NCBI GenBank assembly: GCA_964016885.1
Contig: OZ024740.1
Location: 417,818,001-417,882,000, forward strand
Reading direction: 5' to 3'
From: Eledone cirrhosa
Taxonomy: Eukaryota
Length of the DNA: 64,000 bases
Positions 57,211 through 64,000 of this stretch are shown here, one piece after another. The notes under the pieces were generated by a model, which was not told the origin of the DNA, made no database searches, and saw nothing but the letters and a program-made list of their open reading frames with translations. A program made the position numbers and the translations under genes. Position 1 is the first letter of the stretch. Each line of letters begins with the position of its first letter.

Positions 57211-58239
57211 TATTTTACAAACCCAGTATATTTATTATACACATTTCAGACACGATAGATTAATGACTTACAGTGATCAGCAGCTCTGGAAAGGAATGAG
57301 TAAAGTGTTTCATGTTATTTCGAGAGGTGGGATTAGAAACTGTAAGTATGAAGAGAAGAAGAGGGTTAGATGTATCGAGTAGGTTGATGAGCCGAAGGTG
57401 GTATACTGCTTGCTAGATGAAAGATGTTGGAACCTTTGTTGTTGTTGTTGTTGCGATTTAACTCCGAATTAACTCTCATGGGTAGATGTATGATAAAAAA
57501 TATTCTAACAGTGACCTTTACGTTATAATTACTTGATCTAAGTGGCCTCTTTTAAAAGAGGGTTGGAGATTATTTTGGAGGATTTGACTGTCGTTTTCAG
57601 CAGGTTGAGCACCAACGTTGTTTTGGACCTTTGTATGTATTTGTATATATTTGTAGAAGACATGGGAAAGAAATATCCCGCCTGTGAGTCAATGATTATA
57701 TTGTCCTGGCAAGATTTCGTCAATCAACTGCCTGAACTTTATGTGGCGGTGTCTTAAGTATTTGTATGTTTCAACAACCCCGTTCCAGATAATTGAGCAG
57801 TATCTCAAAATAAATGAGACAGCGAATTGAGAGAGTCGCTAGAACGTTTGATAGAATGTTTCGCGGTATTCTGATAAATGTTTCGCGGTATTCTGATAAA
57901 TGTTTCGCGGTATTCTGATAAAATGTTTCTGCGTTCTGAGTTCAAAACCCGCCCAAGTCTACTTTGTCTTTCATTCTTTCGTTGTTGATAAAACAAATAC
58001 CAGTCAACTGCTGGGATCAAATCTTCATCTATATCTCTTTCTCACTTTTTCTTTTTTTTGGGGTGGGGGGTGGGGGTGGGGGGTGGGGGGTGTATAAGAT
58101 GTATCCAGACCTGGAGAGGAGATGACTCCGCTTCGTTTAAAATGACCAACACACACCGTATGTGACGACGAAGTCCCTACAACTCCACTCCATCACGATT
58201 AATACATATATCTTAAAATAGTTCCACTTGAAAATAGTC

Positions 58240-58658
58240 CCATGTGTGAGAGAGTATGAGAGAATGTGTGTGTAAGAGAGAGTGTGTGTTTGTGAGAGAG
58301 AGGGAGGGTGTGTGCGTGTGTGAGAAAGAGTGTCTGTGTGTGTGTGTGAGAAAGAGTGTGTGTGTGTGAGTGAGAGAGAAAGAGTGTGTGTGAGAGTGAG
58401 TGAGTGTGTGTGAGAGAGAGAGGGAGTGTGTGTGTGTGTGTGAGAAAGAGTGTGTGTGTGTGAGTGAGAGAGAAAGAGTGTGTGTGAGAGTGAGTGAGTG
58501 TGTGTGAGAGAGAGAGGGAGTGTGTGTGTGTGAGAAAGAGAGTGTGTATAAGTGAGAGAGAAAGAGTGTGTGTGAGAGAGAGGGAGTGTGTGTGGGGGGA
58601 TAAAGAGTATGTGCATGTGTTAGAAAGAGAGTGTGTGTGTGTGTGAGAGAGAGGGAGT

Positions 58659-58696
<38 letters not shown>

Positions 58697-58990
58697 GTAT
58701 GTGCGTGTGTGAAAAAGATAATGTGTGTGTGTGTGAGAGAGAGGCAGTGTGTATGTGTGTGTGAGAAAGAGTTTGTGCATGTGTGTGAGAAAGAGAGTGT
58801 GTGTGTGTGTGAGAGAGAGGGTGTGTGTGTGTGTGTGAGAAAGAGTATGTGCGTGTGTGTGAGAAACAGAGTGTGTGTGTGTGTGTGAGAGAGAGAGGGA
58901 GTGTGTGTGTGTGAGAAAGAGTATGTGCGTGTGTGTGAGAAAGAGAGTGTGTGTGTGTGTGTGTGTGTGTGCGTCTGTGTGTGTGAGCGT
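58240..58990. repeat. GT/GA low-complexity tract
   Basis: Direct inspection. Confidence 0.9.
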
Positions 58991-58999
58991 GTGTCTATA

Positions 59000-61502
59000 G
59001 TGTGTATGTGCTATAGTGTGTAGGTGCTATTAGTGTGTATGTGCGTGTGTGAGAAAGAGAATGTGTGTGTGTGTGAGCGTGTGTCTCAGTGTGTTTGTAG
59101 GTGCTATTAGTGTGTATGTGCGTGTGTGTGAGAAAGAGAGAGTGTGTGTGTGCGTCTGTGTGTCTCAGTGTGTTTGTAGGTGCTATTAGTGTGTATGTGT
59201 GTGTGTGTGCGTCTGTGTGTCTCAGTGTGTTTGTAGGTGCTATTAGTGTGTATGTGTGTGTGTGTGTGAGAAAGAGAATGTGTGTGTGTGTGAGCGTGTG
59301 TCTCAGTGTGTTTTAGGTGCTATTAGTGTGTATGTGCGTGTGTGTGAGAAAGAGAGAGTGTGTGTGTGCGTCTGTGTGTCTCAGTGTGTTTGTAGGTGCT
59401 ATTAGTGTGTATGTGCGTGTGTGAGAAAGAGAGAGTGTGTGTGCGTCTGTGTGTCTCAGTGTGTTTGTAGGTGCTATTAGTGTGTATGTGCGTGTGTGAG
59501 AAAGAGAGAGTGTGTGTGCGTCTGTGTGTCTCAGTGTGTTTGTAGGTGCTATTAGTGTGTATGTGCGTATGTGAGAGAAAGAGAGAATGTGTGTGTGCGT
59601 CTGTGTGTCGCAGTGTGTTTGTAGGTGCTATTAGTGTGTATGTGTGTGTGTGTGAGAAAGAGAGAGTGTGTGTGTGCGTCTGTGTGTCTCAGTGTGTTTG
59701 TAGGTGCTATTAGTGTGTATGTGCGTGTGTGAGAAAGAGAGAGTGTGTGTGTGCGTCTGTGTGTCTCAGTGTGTTTGTAGGTGCTATTAGTGTGTATGTG
59801 CGTGTGTGTGAGAAAGAGAGAGTGTGTGTGTGCGTCTGTGTGTCTCAGTGTGTTTGTAGGTGCTATTAGTGTGTATGTGCGTGTGTGAGAAAGAGAGAGT
59901 GTGTGTGTGCGTCTGTGTGTCTCAGTGTGTTTGTAGGTGCTATTATTGTGTATGTGCGTGTGTGAGAAAGAGAGAGTGTGTGTGCGTCTGTGTGTCTCAG
60001 TGTGTTTGTAGGTGCTATTAGTGTGTATGTGCGTGTGTGTGAGAAAGAGAGAGTGTGTGTGTGCGTCTGTGTGTCTCAGTGTGTTTGTAGGTGCTATTAG
60101 TGTGTATGTGCGTATGTGAGAGAAAGAGAGAATGTGTGTGTGCGTCTGTGTGTCTCAGTGTGTTTGTAGGTGCTATTAGTGTGTATGTGTGTGTGTGTGT
60201 GTGAGAAAGAGAGAGTGTGTGTGTGCGTCTGTGTGTCTCAGTGTGTTTGTAGGTGCTATTAGTGTGTATGTGCGTGTGTGAGAAAGAGAGAGTGTGTGTG
60301 TGCGTCTGTGTGTCTCAGTGTGTTTGTAGGTGCTATTAGTGTGTATGTGCGTGTGTGTGAGAAAGAGAGAGTGTGTGTGTGCGTCTGTGTGTCTCAGTGT
60401 GTTTGTAGGTGCTATTAGTGTGTATGTGCGTGTGTGAGAAAGAGAGAGTGTGTGTGTGCGTCTGTGTGTCTCAGTGTGTTTGTAGGTGCTATTAGTGTGT
60501 ATGTACGTGTGTGAGAAAGAGAGAGTGTGTGTGTGCGTCTGTGTGTCTCAGTGTGTTTGTAGGTGCTATTAGTGTGTATGTGCGTGTGTGAGAAAGACAG
60601 AGTGTGTGTGTGCGTCTGTGTGTCTCAGTGTGTTTGTAGGTGCTATTAGTGTGTATGTGCGTGTGTGTGAGAAAGAGAGAGTGTGTGTGTGCGTCTGCGT
60701 GTCTCAGTGTGTTTGTAGGTGCTATTAGTGTGTATGTGCGTGTGTGTGAGAAAGAGAGAGTGTGTGTGTGCGTCTGTGTGTCTCAGTGTGTTTGTAGGTG
60801 CTATTAGTGTGTATGTGCGTGTGTGTGAGAAAGAGAGAGTGTGTGTGTGCGTCTGTGTGTCTCAGTGTGTTTGTAGGTGCTATTAGTGTGTATGTGCGTG
60901 TGTGAGAAAGAGAGAGTGTGTGTGTGCGTCTGTGTGTCTCAGTGTGTTTGTAGGTGCTATTAGTGTGTATGTGCGTGTGTGTGAGAAAGAGAGAGTGTGT
61001 GTGTGCGTCTGTGTGTCTCAGTGTGTTTGTAGGTGCTATTAGTGTGTATGTGCGTGTGTGTGAGAAAGAGAGAGTGTGTGTGTGCGTCTGCGTGTCTCAG
61101 TGTGTTTGTAGGTGCTATTAGTGTGTATGTGCGTGTGTGAGAAAGAGAGAGTGTGTGTGTGCGTCTGTGTGTCTCAGTGTGTTTGTAGGTGCTATTAGTG
61201 TGTATGTGCGTGTGTGTGAGAAAGAGAGAGTGTGTGTGCGCGTCTGTGTGTCTCAGTGTGTTTGTAGGTGCTATTAGTGTGTATGTGCGTGTGTGTGAGA
61301 AAGAGAGAGTGTGTGTGTGCGTCTGTGTGTCTCAGTGTGTTTGTAGGTGCTATTAGTGTGTATGTGTGTGTGTGTGCGTCTGTGTGTCTCAGTGTGTTTG
61401 TAGGTGCTATTAGTGTGTATGTGCGTGTGTGTGAGAAAGAGAGAGTGTGTGTGTGCGTCTGTGTGTCTCAGTGTGTTTGTAGGTGCTATTAGTGTGTATG
61501 TG
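59000..61502. repeat. ~75-79-bp tandem minisatellite (roughly 30 units)
   Basis: Unit GTGTCTCAGTGTGTTTGTAGGTGCTATTAGTGTGTATGTGCGTGTGTGAGAAAGAGAGAGTGTGTGTGCGTCTGT. Confidence 0.95.
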
Positions 61503-62465
61503 CCCGAGTTTCTGTGGATTATTAATGTTTGTGTGTATAAGTGTATGTACGATGGAATTGTGTGTATTTTGTTCGTGATGTTGTGTATGTGTGTCGGTGT
61601 ATTATCAGTGTGTGTGTCTGTGTGTGTGTGTGCGTTGTATTATCAGTGTGGGTGTGTGTGTGCGTTGTATTATCAGTGTGGGTGTGCGCTGTATTATCAG
61701 TGTGATTGTGTGGGGGTGTTATTAGTGTGGGTGTGTGGGGGTGTTATTAGTGTGGTGTGTGGGGTGTTATTAGTGTGGATGTGTGGGTGTGTGGGTGTGT
61801 TATTAGTGTGGGTGTGTGGTGTGTTATTAGTGTGGGTGTGTGGGGTGTTATTAGTGTAGGTGTGTGGGGGTGTTATTAGTGTGGGTGTGTTATTAGTGTG
61901 GGTGTGGGTGTGTGTGTGGGGGGGGGGGTTATTAGTGTGGGTGTGTGGGGATGTTATTAGTGTGTATGTGTCTGAGTTTCAGTGGGTTATTAGTGTGTGT
62001 ATATGTGTGTCTGGATCTGTATGTGTGTATGTGTACCATACGAGTGGTGATAAACTCCAGTATTCCGTGAGGGGGGGGGGGTGTTGGTAGAGAACGTCAG
62101 AATACCTTAAAGATAGTTTATATTTCCTTATGAGTCCTTTATTAGTTCGTTTGAAATAATAAGGTTTTGAGACTTTCTCGGCTTCATCATCAGAATGAAT
62201 TGATAGTAGTGTTTCATTGTTGCCACGTTCTTTAGTAGGAACCAAATCATCGTATGACTGCTGTTATATGGATCTAAAGTTGTAGAAATATATAAATACC
62301 GACATTTAAGCGTGAAACTAATATATATCTTCATTGTACTTCACCGTCTCTTGTCTTGTGTATTTTTCCGTTTACTTTTCACACACACAGACATATACAC
62401 ACACACACACACACACACCATATATATATATATACATGTAAATACATATATACATATAAATACAT

Positions 62466-62511
<46 letters not shown>

Positions 62512-62591
62512 AAAGTTTTATTAAAGATTGTATGGTTTTATAAATATAGTTTCCATTTGTTTAATATCGTATATATATATATATATATATA

Positions 62592-62739
62592 GGAAAAAGT
62601 ATGACCCCGACGGCAGAGCTCAAGCCGTTTCGACGGCTGACGGCTTGAGCTCTGCCGTCGGGGTCATACTCTACTATCCTAAGTATTGAGTACTCTGGTG
62701 CGTTATGGTCCATCTGGTTCCTTACCGCATTTCATTCGT

Positions 62740-62741
<2 letters not shown>
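62592..62741. mobile_element. PLE family B fold-back mini-element
   Basis: Centre CGACGGCTGACGGCTTG at ~62638; short left arm, tailed right arm; (TA)n flanks. Confidence 0.82.
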
Positions 62742-62770
<29 letters not shown>

Positions 62771-62878
62771 GTGTGTGTGTTTAAATAAAATTCCAACACA
62801 ACCAGATTTTCACATGTTCTTTATTTTCACAAGTACTTTTAACAACAATTTTCAGGTGGATATTGACAACGACGGCAA

Positions 62879-62934
<56 letters not shown>

Positions 62935-63705
62935 TCTGTGCGCGCAAGTGTACACCGAGAGAGAGAGTGTGCGTGTATATGTGTGTGAGAGAGAGTGTGT
63001 GTGTGCGTGTATATGTGTGTGAGAGAGAGTGTGCGTGAGAGTGTGGGTGTGGGTGTTTGTGTGTGTGTGGGAGAGAGCGCGGGAGTGAGTGTATGTAAGA
63101 GAGAAAGGGTGGGAGTGTGTGCGAGAGAGAGGGGATGGGGTGTAAGAGAGAGAGGGGATGAGGTGTGTGAGAGAGAGGGGATGGGGTGTGTGAGAGAGAG
63201 GGGGGAGTGTGTGTAAGAGAGAGATGTAATTTGACAGAAGTAGAATGAGAATATATAAACGGTCCGATTTAAAACATTCTTCACCTCACCATAAAACACT
63301 CCGATACAGCGACTGTCTGTTTAATCAACAGACAAAATAATAATGAGTTCATAAAGAAAGACAAGGAAGATTCAATGAAATTGTCTACCAATAAACAAAC
63401 AATAGACATCTAGTCAACTCGTTAACAAAACAATACAACAGCCAGTCTTTCTCCCAATATAATCAACAGACTAACACAACTACCAAACAGACGACATGAC
63501 GTCTGCTTGACGTTTTCCAATTCAAACTGGTAGAAGAAATAAACACTTCACTTAGCTTACAGATGAAGTAATCAGTTTAATAGCGACATTACTGGCGTTA
63601 CTTTACAAAACTAAATTTAAAATGAAATCGTATAATAGACTAAACAGTAATGTTTGATTTCAAAACATATCTATATGAATACGTTCGCCAGACACACACA
63701 CACAA

Positions 63706-63789
<84 letters not shown>

Positions 63790-64000
63790 TTCACACATGT
63801 ATGCACGCAGACATTTCCACATGCGAATGCACACACACACCTATTCAGATTATATCATATTGTCTGAGCCAAGATGGGCAGCTTCTATGTAGTCGCTCAA
63901 CATGCTCGAAATAGCACCCAAATCACCTTCAAATCCTACTTTAACGTCTTAAAAATGAACACATTTTATAATGGGATTCAATAAAAAGGTAGATGAGAAA

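Noticed and set aside
59000-61502. Regular repeat superficially like a CRISPR array
   Set aside because: No unique spacers and no cas genes; it is a eukaryotic tandem minisatellite
62160-62205. Minus-strand CTGATGATGAAGCCGAGAAAGTCTC hammerhead-like motif
   Set aside because: Stems I and II are not convincingly paired

Overview
AT-rich, microsatellite-dense eukaryotic non-genic DNA. The SINE repertoire resembles that of octopod cephalopods (inference from recalled repeat families). No intact host gene is evident; there is one weak terminal-exon candidate at about 1.3-1.5 kb, and almost all listed ORFs are microsatellite artefacts. The window is dominated by Penelope-like retroelements (PLEs; Nematis-like and Neptune-like RT/GIY-YIG remnants) and their short 3'-end derivatives, mostly embedded in (TA)n tracts. 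Reading by eye I find about 25 type-I hammerhead ribozyme (HHR) motifs from more than 10 sequence families, several with recurrent core variants (U3-A8, U4A/U4C, U.U at the base of stem II, 50-90 nt stem II). Many insertions are fold-back palindromes with both outer ends being element 3' ends. These use two fixed family-specific 3' endpoints (short arm versus tailed arm) and often have their inversion point at the ribozyme. Also present: tRNA-derived SINEs, RTE/CR1/CRE/Tx1 LINE fragments (one Tx1-like copy inside a (GATA)n tract), a Helitron carrying a nested hAT, Tigger/mariner remnants, and several mini/microsatellites. All alignments and foldings were done by eye and need computational confirmation.
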